Part shown: piece after piece, positions 50,565-60,825 of the stretch
Numbering within the stretch: position 1 is the first letter of the stretch
Layout of the letters: the number at the start of each line of letters is the position of its first letter
IMG/VR virus record: IMGVR_UViG_3300037189_023236
Direction: 5' to 3' (one strand)
Length of the DNA stretch: 64,000 nt
From: a virus
Position numbers and translations under genes: made by a program
The notes under the pieces: generated by a model
Database searches by the model: none
What the model was told of the DNA's origin: nothing
What the model saw: only the letters and a program-made list of their open reading frames with translations

Positions 50565-51562
50565 AAATTTGGCTCTAACGCCATCGCCTCCAATGTTTCA
50601 TAAAGTCTTTGGAATTGCCTAAATTGTGTGCCAACAATGCGGCGGGTGACTTCGTTTTTAAGCGTGCTGGCTAGCACGTATTTGCGTAATCGGACTAAAT
50701 CCGACGCAGAGCTAATGTCCGATTCGTTAGGAAGCTCTCTGCCCGCCACGTCGTCGAGTTCGGGAACAATTATTTCGGGCTTGTCGTTGATTACGATTTT
50801 TTCAATAGAGCACGCCAGACGATACTCGAAAAACCGTAAAAACCACTCTGTGTCGTTTAAGAAGTCTCCGGCTTTCTGGTCGAGCAGAAGCTGATGGTGT
50901 ATTTCTGTGTTTTCTTCAGCCATCAAGCTGCGGAAATGCACGCGGTACCGGCCGCCAAGCAACTCGTATGCTTTTTTAAACCGTTCGCCGCCAAGCGTTA
51001 TGGCGATGAACACTTCCTTATCTTCCTGCGTAACGTCGTTATCAAACTTGAGCCGCATGTCCCAGTTGCAGCGCGGGCAAAACGGCTCAATTGCGGGCGA
51101 CGCCGGCAGTGGTTCTGGAATTTCGCTGGTTACGCTGTCCGCAGCTTCTTCGGGCTGCGCAGCTGGCGTTTCTTTTGCGGCTTCTGCGGCCACGGCTTCG
51201 CGATCATCTACAATCTGCACAACTGTATCTGTTTGGTCATTTTTCGCGGCTATTTGCGCAAGTAATTGCCTCGCGGACTCATCCATAGCTATTCCGCCCG
51301 TATCAATCGTCTTTTTAGCGCCGGCTTGGACCGCGTTTTTAGCCGCTTGCAGCGCCGCCTTTACAAGCGCCACATCGGCCGGCGTCATCAGCTCGGCGTC
51401 GACGTAAATGCCGGGCTTTTTGCTTTCAGGCGTTCTGCCGTGAATGTCGGCTAGGATGTCGCCCATGTTTTCTGGAATAGGCTCGCCTTTCGTCCAGTCA
51501 AATTGCTGGAGCGTTTTTTGCGTGAATTCCGAAACATACTGCGCTGAATCGATAACGCCCAT
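50546..51562 (-). CDS. tail assembly chaperone (gpG-like)
   Basis: Acidic 338-aa protein with CPRC. Ends EPNFW over A-AAT-TTT and lies upstream of the tape measure. Confidence 0.65.
   Translation of the reverse strand: MGVIDSAQYVSEFTQKTLQQFDWTKGEPIPENMGDILADIHGRTPESKKPGIYVDAELMTPADVALVKAALQAAKNAVQAGAKKTIDTGGIAMDESARQLLAQIAAKNDQTDTVVQIVDDREAVAAEAAKETPAAQPEEAADSVTSEIPEPLPASPAIEPFCPRCNWDMRLKFDNDVTQEDKEVFIAITLGGERFKKAYELLGGRYRVHFRSLMAEENTEIHHQLLLDQKAGDFLNDTEWFLRFFEYRLACSIEKIVINDKPEIIVPELDDVAGRELPNESDISSASDLVRLRKYVLASTLKNEVTRRIVGTQFRQFQRLYETLEAMALEPNFWQGIA
50564..50570 (-). other. programmed -1 ribosomal frameshift site A AAT TTT
   Basis: X XXY YYZ heptamer in the correct phase, joining the two ORFs. 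Confidence 0.7.
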
Positions 51563-51571
51563 ACCGCGCTC

Positions 51572-54508
51572 CTATTTCTTGATGATGTAATACCCGTCTT
51601 TTAACGACTTACCGCCAACCACGCTGCTGAACTGCGGGTTTTTATACGGACCGGCCAAGTCGCCAGAGCCGGATCCGCGGTCTTTGTCCCGAAACGCCTT
51701 GCCGACAACCTCTACAATCGAGAAGTCTTGTTGTTTAAACACATCCTTATCCGTCATTTTTGCTTTACCCGGAAACGGCCACGTCTCTACGCCGCCGCCA
51801 GTCTTCACAGGCTTTTCTTCCCACAGCCCTGTATTCTGTCCGCCAATTCGCGCGTACTGCTGCCACCTATCTTCAAAGATTACGAAGTCGTTGTCGACGC
51901 GATAATCTTCGTCGCGGCGAAAACTGAATTCAAGTTTTTTGATAGTGTCAGCGTTACCGGGGCGGTCGTCGTTGTACCAGAGAACCGCCCACACTTCTGT
52001 GTCTAGCTGACTAAGTGTTTTCGGGAGCTCGACCGTGGCAAACGTTTTGATTGTTTCAACTGCCGCGTTAACTTGTCCGCTGCAATCCCCTTGACATGGT
52101 CCGACTAATCCGCCCTTTTGCGTTAATATGTGCCCGGTATTCGTAACGATATTCCCGCGGCCAAGGAACGAGTAACCGTTACCGCGCCCATCTGCGGCTA
52201 CCGGCCCATTTACATACAGTTTGCTGCCCAACAATGTCTGTCGGCGCTTAAATACGTTAGCGACACCACGAGCTGCGCCGGGCGTGGCAAAATTACGGAA
52301 ATACTGGTAAAACCCGCCGTCTAAATCAGCATACTGAAATAAGTTGCGCGACTTTGTGACTATGTTGCCATCGCCGAGACTTGCGTCGAGCGTAATGCAT
52401 CCGGCTTGCGCTCCTGTTCCTCCGTATCCGCCAGTTGTGCGCATGTAGATGTTTTTACCGAGGCCGATTACCTCGGATTCTTTAGCGCGCAGTACAACGC
52501 CGCCGAATATCACTGCATCGCCGGGTTCGTCAAAGTTGTACGTCGGGGCTGTGGCGCGGCTTTCGATTAGTACGCCGCCCTGTTTCTTTGACGTGTCATT
52601 ACCGGCCAGAATCATGACATTCTGCTCGGCTTTAATCCGTACACTTTCTTCCGTTGTGGATATGTCTACGCCGCTGTTGGCCCGCATAATAATGTCGCGG
52701 CCGGCCCACATTTGCGCGTTTTTACCGGGCTTCAACCAGACGTCGCCGGGAGCTGAAATTGTAATACTGCCCGCGCACATGCGAATTTCAGCGCCATAGC
52801 CGTCGCCAATAACCACCGCGCCGTCTTCAAGCAGCGATATGTACGACTCAGACTCATAAAATTTCTGACCTACATAGCGATGATCAATATTAAGCGTTTT
52901 AGGCGACGGCTGCGGCAAGTACATCGAGCCCTTCAACGTTGTGTAGTCAGGGATGTTGCTGTTGTACTGCGCGTGAGTAAGCTCGCTTTGCTCGTATGTT
53001 CTGTAATCTTTTGCATGCCAGTGAAACGGATGCAAACCAACATAATTAAACAAATAGCCGTGCAGATCTAGAATTCCGGCGGCTCTTTGTAAGTGCGGAT
53101 GTTTTTCGTCTGTTGTGGCTACGTCGCCAGTAATCGTGTGATCTTTGCCGCTGCCGTTGCCGTATTTACCGGCTGCTTTGTAGTTCTTGTCCGCGTCATC
53201 TCCGTTCCCGTCTTCTGGTCGGCGCATTCTGGCCGGCACCGGAAGCAGCATACGTTTAGCGAGCGTAATGCCTTTGGCTGACGCAATAAATCTACGGCCG
53301 TCAATACTGGTATTGTCTTCCGATAAACCAATTGGCGCATTCGCCGGATCTTCGATGTTAACCGGCGCTGTTTCTTTTGCCGGTCCTTTGTTTGCTTGTA
53401 GCGCGTCGGTTGTCCATTCGTTCTGTACTTTTGTTTCAAACGGCGCGCTGGGATCGCCTTTACCTGTAAATTTGTAAGCCCACCACGCCGGCGAAGAAGC
53501 TGGCGCGCATACAACGGTACGCTCTCCTTGGCCGTAATAACCGTAAAACTTCTGTGTGCGATGGAATGGCTGCTGGCTTTCGTACTTATTTTCCCAATTC
53601 GAGTAATAAGGCCGGCCGGCGAGGGTGGCAAACTGATCGGGCGTGTATTCCTGCACCATATCGCGGCCGGGCTTTAACATGCCCATTGCTTCCCACGGAT
53701 AAGGCGAATAGCCCTGCGTGTCGTTGTACTCGGCCTGATCCATGTATGCGTCGCGCTCATGGCCGGCCGTCCACGTCTGCATGTTGTAACCGCCAACGCG
53801 CAGAAGCTGATCGTGATAGAAGCCGAATATTCCAGTAAACTCGTTTACCGCCATCTGCACCATGAAGTCATCCAGCGTGACCTTGAGCCCGGTAACACTG
53901 GTAGCGCCCCACTCGCTGGCATGCGTGCTGTCGAACGGCTTCCACGAGCTGAAATTCGTCATTCCGCCGTTGTCGGTCAGTTGCAAGTAGCGCCGATGCG
54001 CTTCGTCAGCCCGGGACCGCGATAAGCCAGAAATATTGTCGTGAATTGATTCGCGGCCTAATACGGACGGATCAGGTATTACGCCGAGAATAAATGCGTA
54101 TTTCAGCTGCGAGTGAAGGTACAGCAGCACAGATGTACCAGGTGCGTACGTATTTATCTCTGTGGCGCCAATTACCGCCTGGCTCGTCGACATAAGCGGT
54201 ACGGCCAGCTTTGGCGCGGTAGCCCGCTCGATGCTTACGCGATAACAATTGGTCAGGGCAGAGCCGTCGACGATCCGGCCGTAGCAGATGTGCCCGTCGT
54301 TATTGAAACTGGTGGTAAACGCAGTCGTCTTTCCGAGTGGGTCGGAAATAGGCGATAGATTAGCGCTATGCGCGCTTGTCGCGGTTTGACTAGCGTGTGC
54401 CGTCCTGTTTTCGAGCAGCCGTACGTCTTCAGTTAAATCTGGCTTGAGCGGAGCTGGCGTAGGACGTAACGGCGCACCATCGCCGATGATTGCACCCATG
54501 AATACCAC
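51572..54508 (-). CDS. gp5/VgrG-like central spike protein
   Basis: N-terminal OB-like segment (GRIVDG...YRV) and beta-helix-type repeats ISLLEDGAVVIGDGYGAEIRM..GSITISAPGDVWLKPG. Confidence 0.6.
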   Translation of the reverse strand: MVFMGAIIGDGAPLRPTPAPLKPDLTEDVRLLENRTAHASQTATSAHSANLSPISDPLGKTTAFTTSFNNDGHICYGRIVDGSALTNCYRVSIERATAPKLAVPLMSTSQAVIGATEINTYAPGTSVLLYLHSQLKYAFILGVIPDPSVLGRESIHDNISGLSRSRADEAHRRYLQLTDNGGMTNFSSWKPFDSTHASEWGATSVTGLKVTLDDFMVQMAVNEFTGIFGFYHDQLLRVGGYNMQTWTAGHERDAYMDQAEYNDTQGYSPYPWEAMGMLKPGRDMVQEYTPDQFATLAGRPYYSNWENKYESQQPFHRTQKFYGYYGQGERTVVCAPASSPAWWAYKFTGKGDPSAPFETKVQNEWTTDALQANKGPAKETAPVNIEDPANAPIGLSEDNTSIDGRRFIASAKGITLAKRMLLPVPARMRRPEDGNGDDADKNYKAAGKYGNGSGKDHTITGDVATTDEKHPHLQRAAGILDLHGYLFNYVGLHPFHWHAKDYRTYEQSELTHAQYNSNIPDYTTLKGSMYLPQPSPKTLNIDHRYVGQKFYESESYISLLEDGAVVIGDGYGAEIRMCAGSITISAPGDVWLKPGKNAQMWAGRDIIMRANSGVDISTTEESVRIKAEQNVMILAGNDTSKKQGGVLIESRATAPTYNFDEPGDAVIFGGVVLRAKESEVIGLGKNIYMRTTGGYGGTGAQAGCITLDASLGDGNIVTKSRNLFQYADLDGGFYQYFRNFATPGAARGVANVFKRRQTLLGSKLYVNGPVAADGRGNGYSFLGRGNIVTNTGHILTQKGGLVGPCQGDCSGQVNAAVETIKTFATVELPKTLSQLDTEVWAVLWYNDDRPGNADTIKKLEFSFRRDEDYRVDNDFVIFEDRWQQYARIGGQNTGLWEEKPVKTGGGVETWPFPGKAKMTDKDVFKQQDFSIVEVVGKAFRDKDRGSGSGDLAGPYKNPQFSSVVGGKSLKDGYYIIKK

Positions 54509-54560
54509 TATGTGAGGTTATGGGCCGAAGCCCCGAGCGTTTCCGCCCAATACCGTAAAC

Positions 54561-54598
54561 AATAAACAGCTGCTGCGTTTTACGCAACAGCTGTTTAA
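54561..54598 (-). terminator. terminator-like hairpin after the tail tube gene
   Basis: AAACAGCTGTTGCGT-AAA-ACGCAGCAGCTGTTT followed by ATTGTTT. Confidence 0.55.
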
Positions 54599-54627
54599 TT
54601 AGGTTTGATTTTTCAGCTACTGTTGCG

Positions 54628-55107
54628 CTACGCGGCCTTGTAATCGAGATCGAGGAACACCATACCAACGGTTTCCATGATCACGATGTCCTGTGCCGAT
54701 ACGCTCGCGCCTACGGTGGTTAACCGCGGGGTGATAAGCGTATACGTAACGGTTTGCGAAAGAGCGCCGCCGCCGAGCGAGCAACCGCCTTTTGCCGTCA
54801 ACACGATGTCCGCACCTTTGTTTTCGCAGAGGGGCCCGTAGTTGTTTACGAGCGCCGCGAACGAATTAGAACCGCCTACTACGCGCTCAAACTGCGCCTG
54901 GCCCTGACGCCGGCCACCAACGTAGTAAACGTTCTGCTTACCGGCGCCGCTACCGATTTCGTAGATGAAATTGATAGGGCGAGTAATGCTGAAATTTACA
55001 CGTTGAACAACCGCGCCATCGCCAAGACCCGAGCCGGTTAACGAGCAATTTTCTGCTGTAAACGCGCCGCCTGGGGTCTGCGGTGTAGTTTCAAAAATGG
55101 GGGGCAT
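54628..55107 (-). CDS. tail tube protein
   Basis: 159 aa directly after the sheath, with VQRVNFSITRPINFIYEIGS...YYVGG. Confidence 0.75.
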   Translation of the reverse strand: MPPIFETTPQTPGGAFTAENCSLTGSGLGDGAVVQRVNFSITRPINFIYEIGSGAGKQNVYYVGGRRQGQAQFERVVGGSNSFAALVNNYGPLCENKGADIVLTAKGGCSLGGGALSQTVTYTLITPRLTTVGASVSAQDIVIMETVGMVFLDLDYKAA

Positions 55108-55140
55108 AGCTTAACACTCCGTTTGCTTGTTAACGCGTAA

Positions 55141-58041
55141 TTAGATCACCAAGTGCAGCTCGATGTTGTTCAGCGGCGCGGGCACCACCAGATCGAGCAC
55201 AATTTCGATGCGATCCTTCAGCAGCGGATGAATCCGCAGAATACGAATCGACCCGTCAATAAGCTGCGAACCGAGCTCCTCGGTGTAGCCGTTTGACTGG
55301 AAAAAGCGAATGAGCTGATTGACTTCGCGTGTCAGCTTATCAACCATCGACTGCGTAGCGTTGGTGCGGCCGATATACGGACGCAGCCGACGCAGGAACA
55401 GATAAGAAATCGAGTCAACGTTGCGGCGAATCATCTCTTCGCGGCGGTTGAGGTCGAGATTATCTGTGGTCAGCGCATGCCGCGAGTGCGGCGTGCCGTC
55501 GCGATCTTCTGTCACAATCCACACGCCAGCTTCCGCAAGCCGGTTAAGCTGCGTTTCATTAAACAGCTTGTAAGACCGCGAGAAGTCGTCAAATCCGGCA
55601 ACTTCAACATTTGTCAGCCCCTGATGCGGTACGACGCCCGACGCCAGACCAGCGACCGCGGCGGCCAGGTGGTACCCGGCCTGCATACGACCGCCAGAAC
55701 CGACTTGATCCGGCCAGACAGCGCAAATACGCCGGCTGCCGAAGCTGCCAGCTGTTGTTGCTACGTCATCGGCTAGCTCGTTGCGGTCAAAGCTGTGCCA
55801 GATTTCAACACGCTCGGCCGATGTAACAGCGGCGGTTGTGCCGGAATACAGCAGCAACGAGCTCTCCGACAGCACGCTGTCTACCACGTACTCCGAGTAA
55901 GTCTCGACGCCAAAACCGTCCACAGAAAAGTTGTACCGTACGATGTCGCCGGGCCGAACGTTGTTGGTGATGAAGTAGCCCGAACCGGCCGGAACTTGCA
56001 GCAATGTATACTGGTTGCCGACCGCGTTGTTATTGTCCGACACCGTAGCTAGTACAGGGTTAGCAATTGTGTTGCCGGACACGCCAGCGATTGGCGCACC
56101 TTGGCCGACAACCATAACATTCGTGCGAGACGGCAGCGCGAAAAACCCGGCTTTCCAGTTATTCGCGATTTCGTTCGACTCGCCGACAACTTGCGCAGCG
56201 TACAGGTCTTGCACATCCTTGCGGAAAGTCAGCGGGACGAGATTGTAAAAATCGTCCCGACCCTTGAGCCGCTCCAGCACGTTTACCCAGCTGTCAAGAT
56301 CTTCGGGATCCTGCACGGCCGTGTACTTAACGACAGTGCCGTTCGAGTTGGAAAGCGCCTTGTATACGCCCCACTTGAGCGGATTGTCGGGATCGAGCGG
56401 ACCGCGAATGTCATCGATGTCTGCGACGGTGCTGATTCCGTTTACCTCGTCGGTAAGCTCGGACAGCCACTCGCGGTACTCGACGTACAGATCGCCCTGT
56501 TTGACGTACAGCGGCTGTTCTACGCCGTTTAGTGTCCATTCCGGATGGTAAGCTACAACGTCAGCTTTAACGCAAATTTGCGTAGCTTCCGTCTCGTAGT
56601 TAACGAGCGGCGCGAAGCCGGTACGGTTGCGCGAGACCTCAATGTCGTCTTTAATGTAGAGCCGCAGGTCTAGCGACGTAGCGTCAGCCATTTCGCCCGG
56701 CAGGTCGTGCTTTAGAATAAGCCTGTTAACCTCGCCGGCCATGCTCGACGTCACGCCGATGTACCATTTGTCGCCCTTGCGCATTTTGGTAACAGCGCCG
56801 TTTGAATTGTTAACAAACGCGACAGCAACGCCATGCGAGCCAATTGTTACAAAACCACCAGCAAGAGCGCTGGAAGTTGTAACCTCTGTCGGGCCCGAAA
56901 AGTCGTAGCCGTTAGCGGTACGCACAGAAATCTCAGGGAAGTCTGTGGCGTTTACGCCAAGCTCGCCGCCCTTCGTGCATTCGACGATGTACGTGTCGTT
57001 TTTGTCGCCGGTATACGTGCTCGGAGCAGCGCTGCTGCCGTTACTCGAAATAGCTTTAACTTGCGTGTAAGCTTCGGTAACGACAACCTGCCACTTCTGA
57101 CCAACAACAAATTCTTCTGTAGCAACGCCGGCTGTAACCGCGGCGGCGCCGCAGTTTTCAGCTTCAGACAGTTCAAACGTGACAGTTAAACCGCGAGAAC
57201 CGATCGCCACGTCGCTGCCGAGCGTGCCGGGGTTTAATTCCGCCACGTCGTCAAGCTTGCTGGCGGACCGTACGCGCAGTTTTGTGGCGTTTGTGCAACC
57301 AGCGACAGAGCTCTTGATTACCTCGATGGTGTACGTTTCGTTGATTACGCCATCAGCGAGGCCGCTATACCCGGTAGCGTCAACAGCGGTCAGCTTAACG
57401 CAATTCGAAACGCCACCGACTTGGAGGTAGTTATTACCGGACGTAGGTGTCGAGTTTGACGCGGCAACCGTCGCCTGATTCGCAGCATCGGCAGACGCAT
57501 TCGAAATAACGGCGGCAACCGACTTACTCGCAAAGCCAGTTACGGTTGTCCACAGTTCGGTCTCTGTGCACTCTTCGCCAGTTACCGAGCGCAGATATAC
57601 TACGTCGCCAACTTTGACGTCGCGGTCCTTAAAAGCGCCGCTGCGATTATAGCCGCCGTTCTTTTTAAAGCTAACGCCGGCGTTAGCGCTGACGTCGCCA
57701 TCAACCGACTCAATCCAGTTCGGGCGACTAGATACCGGCTGAACAACTGTCGCGGTATCAGAAATAACTTTTTCGTAGTACAGCATGAGCGCGTCGTCGA
57801 TGAACAGCTTGGTATAGCTGTCGTCAACAAGCGAGCCAGGTACGCGACCCGGCCATGTGTAGCATGTGTCGTTTTCGTAGTCATACGCGCCCAGCCGGCT
57901 AAGCGCCTTTTCAGTCGCGTCAGAGTACCGGTGCAGCATCGCATTCGGGCCGGAGATGTGCGCGCGCAGCGGTTCGGTGATTTCGGTCGGAACGATGCTG
58001 AATTCTTGGAAGACAAGAACCTGCGGTTTTACGTATGCCAT
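55141..58041 (-). CDS. tail sheath protein
   Basis: 966 aa with a sheath-like C-terminus (HQGLTN, QLNRLAEAGVWIV, RHALTT, VPAPLNNIELHL) and biased codon usage. Confidence 0.85.
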   Translation of the reverse strand: MAYVKPQVLVFQEFSIVPTEITEPLRAHISGPNAMLHRYSDATEKALSRLGAYDYENDTCYTWPGRVPGSLVDDSYTKLFIDDALMLYYEKVISDTATVVQPVSSRPNWIESVDGDVSANAGVSFKKNGGYNRSGAFKDRDVKVGDVVYLRSVTGEECTETELWTTVTGFASKSVAAVISNASADAANQATVAASNSTPTSGNNYLQVGGVSNCVKLTAVDATGYSGLADGVINETYTIEVIKSSVAGCTNATKLRVRSASKLDDVAELNPGTLGSDVAIGSRGLTVTFELSEAENCGAAAVTAGVATEEFVVGQKWQVVVTEAYTQVKAISSNGSSAAPSTYTGDKNDTYIVECTKGGELGVNATDFPEISVRTANGYDFSGPTEVTTSSALAGGFVTIGSHGVAVAFVNNSNGAVTKMRKGDKWYIGVTSSMAGEVNRLILKHDLPGEMADATSLDLRLYIKDDIEVSRNRTGFAPLVNYETEATQICVKADVVAYHPEWTLNGVEQPLYVKQGDLYVEYREWLSELTDEVNGISTVADIDDIRGPLDPDNPLKWGVYKALSNSNGTVVKYTAVQDPEDLDSWVNVLERLKGRDDFYNLVPLTFRKDVQDLYAAQVVGESNEIANNWKAGFFALPSRTNVMVVGQGAPIAGVSGNTIANPVLATVSDNNNAVGNQYTLLQVPAGSGYFITNNVRPGDIVRYNFSVDGFGVETYSEYVVDSVLSESSLLLYSGTTAAVTSAERVEIWHSFDRNELADDVATTAGSFGSRRICAVWPDQVGSGGRMQAGYHLAAAVAGLASGVVPHQGLTNVEVAGFDDFSRSYKLFNETQLNRLAEAGVWIVTEDRDGTPHSRHALTTDNLDLNRREEMIRRNVDSISYLFLRRLRPYIGRTNATQSMVDKLTREVNQLIRFFQSNGYTEELGSQLIDGSIRILRIHPLLKDRIEIVLDLVVPAPLNNIELHLVI

Positions 58042-58148
58042 ATTGAAACTCTCCGTGCCGTAATGCTGTGTTCGGTGATCTGGCTCTCAGTATAAAAAAC
58101 AAACTGAGGCAAAAAAAGCACCTACACAAAGTGTATTAAATCAAACCG

Positions 58149-58835
58149 TTAACACGCAAACAAATCCGACGCCTTGAGGACAATCCGCTTTAAACGCGGC
58201 GCGACAGGCTGGAGTGCCCAAGACTCCTCGGCCACGTACGCGACAGTGACAGGTACGGCAAAGCCCTGCACCACCTCTTGCACTTCACCAATTCCGCCTA
58301 CCTCCGTAACGCCAAATTTTTTGAACGACAGTTGGTCGCGGATCCACGGACTAAAGTGCAGTAAAAATCGAACAGTTTCAGTAGCCAAAAGCTCGGTTTC
58401 TAGGCCCCAAGCTGCAATACAGTATAACGAATGACTACCTTGCCACAAACCAGTGTAACTAGTCGAACCTTCATGCTCGTTTATACCTGAACGGTCGCCA
58501 ATTCCGATGCGCGCCCATTGCCAGCTATTCCGTTTTATCAGAATAGCCGGACGTTTGTTGGCGCTATTGGGCGTCCAGCGCGTAATGCTTTCAATCATAA
58601 TTCCGCTGTCGCTGAGGCCGTTTTCGTCAATTTTCCACGGGCCTGACTCTTTAAACTTAGCCCGCAACTGCGCGTCAACGATATTATCGGCGTCAGAAAA
58701 GTGGTTGATTAGTAGCTGGCGCAATAATCCTGTAACCAAGTGCGGGCGCATGCCAAACTCGCATAGCTCGCTTACTTTGGCTATGCGGTTTTCAGGATTG
58801 CCGGCCGGCGGACATGTTTGATTAACGTCTGTCAT
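58149..58835 (-). CDS. putative tail terminator/neck protein
   Basis: KRPAILIKR motif, directly upstream of the sheath. Confidence 0.55.
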   Translation of the reverse strand: MTDVNQTCPPAGNPENRIAKVSELCEFGMRPHLVTGLLRQLLINHFSDADNIVDAQLRAKFKESGPWKIDENGLSDSGIMIESITRWTPNSANKRPAILIKRNSWQWARIGIGDRSGINEHEGSTSYTGLWQGSHSLYCIAAWGLETELLATETVRFLLHFSPWIRDQLSFKKFGVTEVGGIGEVQEVVQGFAVPVTVAYVAEESWALQPVAPRLKRIVLKASDLFAC

Positions 58836-58980
58836 TTTTGCCGAATTCTTTTACGTATTTAAGTAGCGGATCGTTCTTTGGCAAGCTTGGCGCGAGCTTG
58901 TATTTTGGCAGTGGCTGTATTGGTTTGCCGGCTAGCTTTATTTTTGGCAGCACTGGCTCGTTTTTATTCGCGCGCGCCAT
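58822..58980 (-). CDS. small Lys/Pro-rich protein (52 aa, not in the ORF track)
   Basis: MARANKNEPVLPKIKLAGKPIQPLPKYKLAPSLPKNDPLL..., TGATG-coupled to the upstream gene and filling the gap exactly. Confidence 0.6.
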   Translation of the reverse strand: MARANKNEPVLPKIKLAGKPIQPLPKYKLAPSLPKNDPLLKYVKEFGKNDRR

Positions 58981-60239
58981 CAGATATCCCAGAAATTGTT
59001 AACAACGCGGGCATTGCTGGGCGGGGTTGGGCAAATAACGTCTGGCTCTGCCGCGCTACTGCTAGACGAACTACACGAACTACATGGAGTATCAACAACC
59101 GCGCATGGATTTTCAACTGTTATTTCAAAATTGTTTGGGCCGTACGCGTCGGGTTTCTCGTACACTAGCACGTATTTTCCCGGATCTAAGTTCAATGCGT
59201 TAACCCACGTACCGTCTGCCAGTGTTTTTGTACTGGCTACCGCGTCTGTTTTTAAAGGATAAACCGGGTATGTACGGTCAAAATTTGCTTTCTCAAATGC
59301 GTGTACATACGCATTAACAATAAACGCGCCGTTCGCGTCTTTGTATTTCAACGCGTTAGCCGAAACGCCAGCCCAGTCCGAATTTACTGTCACGCAGCCA
59401 GTTCCGGGGACCAATGGCCACGTGGGTTGCGGCTGCTCGAGCTCTATGCTGTAAATACCGTTGTGAAACGGCACGAGGCCCAGCTTAACCTGATAAATGA
59501 GCGGCACACCACGCAAAGCCGCAGCGATTGCAATTTCACTAACAACCCAGCGCTCGTCTGTTGTAGCGTTAACCCAGATATCGTAGTTGTTTAAAGCCGG
59601 ATACCCGATAACGCGCGCCTGAATGTACGGATTTTCTCGCGACGTACCTTTCAGCTGCAAATCTTGCGTTTCGCTGATTACTTGGTTAGACAAATCCCAA
59701 CACTGCAGCGGAACAGCCGGATGAAAACCGATTTCAAACCCCGTGCCGTTACACAGCGGACAGTTATTATCTGATGGTTCTTGCGTCAAAGGATCGCGGC
59801 AGCGGCTGCACGGTTTACCGTAACGCAGCGCTTTAATTAGGTATCCATCTACGGCTACCTTGTTTAACCGCAAACGCTCTTTACGTACGATCTCTCTAGC
59901 GAGCAGCCAATCATGCTCAGAAAGCATTCCCGAGCACGGCGCCGGCTCTGACACATAAACCGACGTAGGCGTGGTAAGCGTAACGCGGTAATGCGTGGTA
60001 ATTATGCTGCCGCTATTTCGCCAAACTGTGTCAACGGCCACAAACCCATTAACAACAGGATTGCCGACGTTTTGCCAATCGATAGCTTCCGATACGCCTG
60101 CGCTGCCCGCTTGTAACTGAAAAACATACGGGCCGGCTTCATGAAAATCGCGCTCGAGCTGCCACCAAACACGCGTTTCGCCGCGTGTCATGTGATCTAC
60201 AGAGATACGGCGAAACGGATAGTTTTTTTGTAGCGACAT
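58980..60239 (-). CDS. putative neck/head-closure protein with Zn-finger
   Basis: CSRC...CPLCNGTGFEIGF, a Ser tract near the C-terminus, and synteny. Confidence 0.55.
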   Translation of the reverse strand: MSLQKNYPFRRISVDHMTRGETRVWWQLERDFHEAGPYVFQLQAGSAGVSEAIDWQNVGNPVVNGFVAVDTVWRNSGSIITTHYRVTLTTPTSVYVSEPAPCSGMLSEHDWLLAREIVRKERLRLNKVAVDGYLIKALRYGKPCSRCRDPLTQEPSDNNCPLCNGTGFEIGFHPAVPLQCWDLSNQVISETQDLQLKGTSRENPYIQARVIGYPALNNYDIWVNATTDERWVVSEIAIAAALRGVPLIYQVKLGLVPFHNGIYSIELEQPQPTWPLVPGTGCVTVNSDWAGVSANALKYKDANGAFIVNAYVHAFEKANFDRTYPVYPLKTDAVASTKTLADGTWVNALNLDPGKYVLVYEKPDAYGPNNFEITVENPCAVVDTPCSSCSSSSSSAAEPDVICPTPPSNARVVNNFWDI

Positions 60240-60294
60240 CGCGCGTCTCTATTCCGATTAAAGCGACATATTCATTATGCCCGCGCTGATAGCT

Positions 60295-60334
60295 AAAAAA
60301 AAGCGGGGCGGCGGCGGTCAAACCGCTGCCTCGC
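60295..60334 (-). terminator. rho-independent terminator
   Basis: GC-rich imperfect hairpin followed by T8 on the minus strand. Confidence 0.6.
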
Positions 60335-60414
60335 AAACTTAGCGCTGGACCACAGTCCGCGCCAGGTTTAAGCGGCCGAGTTCGAAAACACGGCCGCTTC
60401 ACAACAGGAGACGT

Positions 60415-60771
60415 TTAGCGCCCGACGAGGACCATCTTGCCGCGCTTGAAGCGCGTGCCGATTTTACGGCCTCGTGGGCTTGGCGGCTCGTACTTCACCC
60501 CCAAGCGCACCAACTTCGCCGCGCGATTGGCGGCGAAGACGTACGCCGACCCGACCACCCGGGTAGCGATGTACGGGTTACGCTCTAACCCGTAATTGCC
60601 GTCGGGGTAGGCGTCAAGAAACGCCTCAGCCGCATCGGAACGAATACGATATAGCGTCGCCGATGATATTGGGCGCTTGCCCATATGTACCCGGAACTTG
60701 TTTACCTGCGTCAAAATCTGCTTAAAACTGACCGCACAACTACAAGCCCAACGACCTTTCTTCTTTGCCAT
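60415..60771 (-). CDS. small basic protein, possibly nucleic-acid binding
   Basis: 118 aa, Lys/Arg-rich, AGGAG RBS. Confidence 0.6.
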   Translation of the reverse strand: MAKKKGRWACSCAVSFKQILTQVNKFRVHMGKRPISSATLYRIRSDAAEAFLDAYPDGNYGLERNPYIATRVVGSAYVFAANRAAKLVRLGVKYEPPSPRGRKIGTRFKRGKMVLVGR

Positions 60772-60825
60772 TATTATGGCTCCTGTTGCGTTCTTTCCTC
60801 CATGAAACGGCCGACGCTACGCACG

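Noticed and set aside
37748-58041. Bacterial contractile injection system (eCIS/T6SS/tailocin) rather than a phage
   Set aside because: Capsid, neck and terminase genes and a tRNA are in the same window, and no host housekeeping genes are present.
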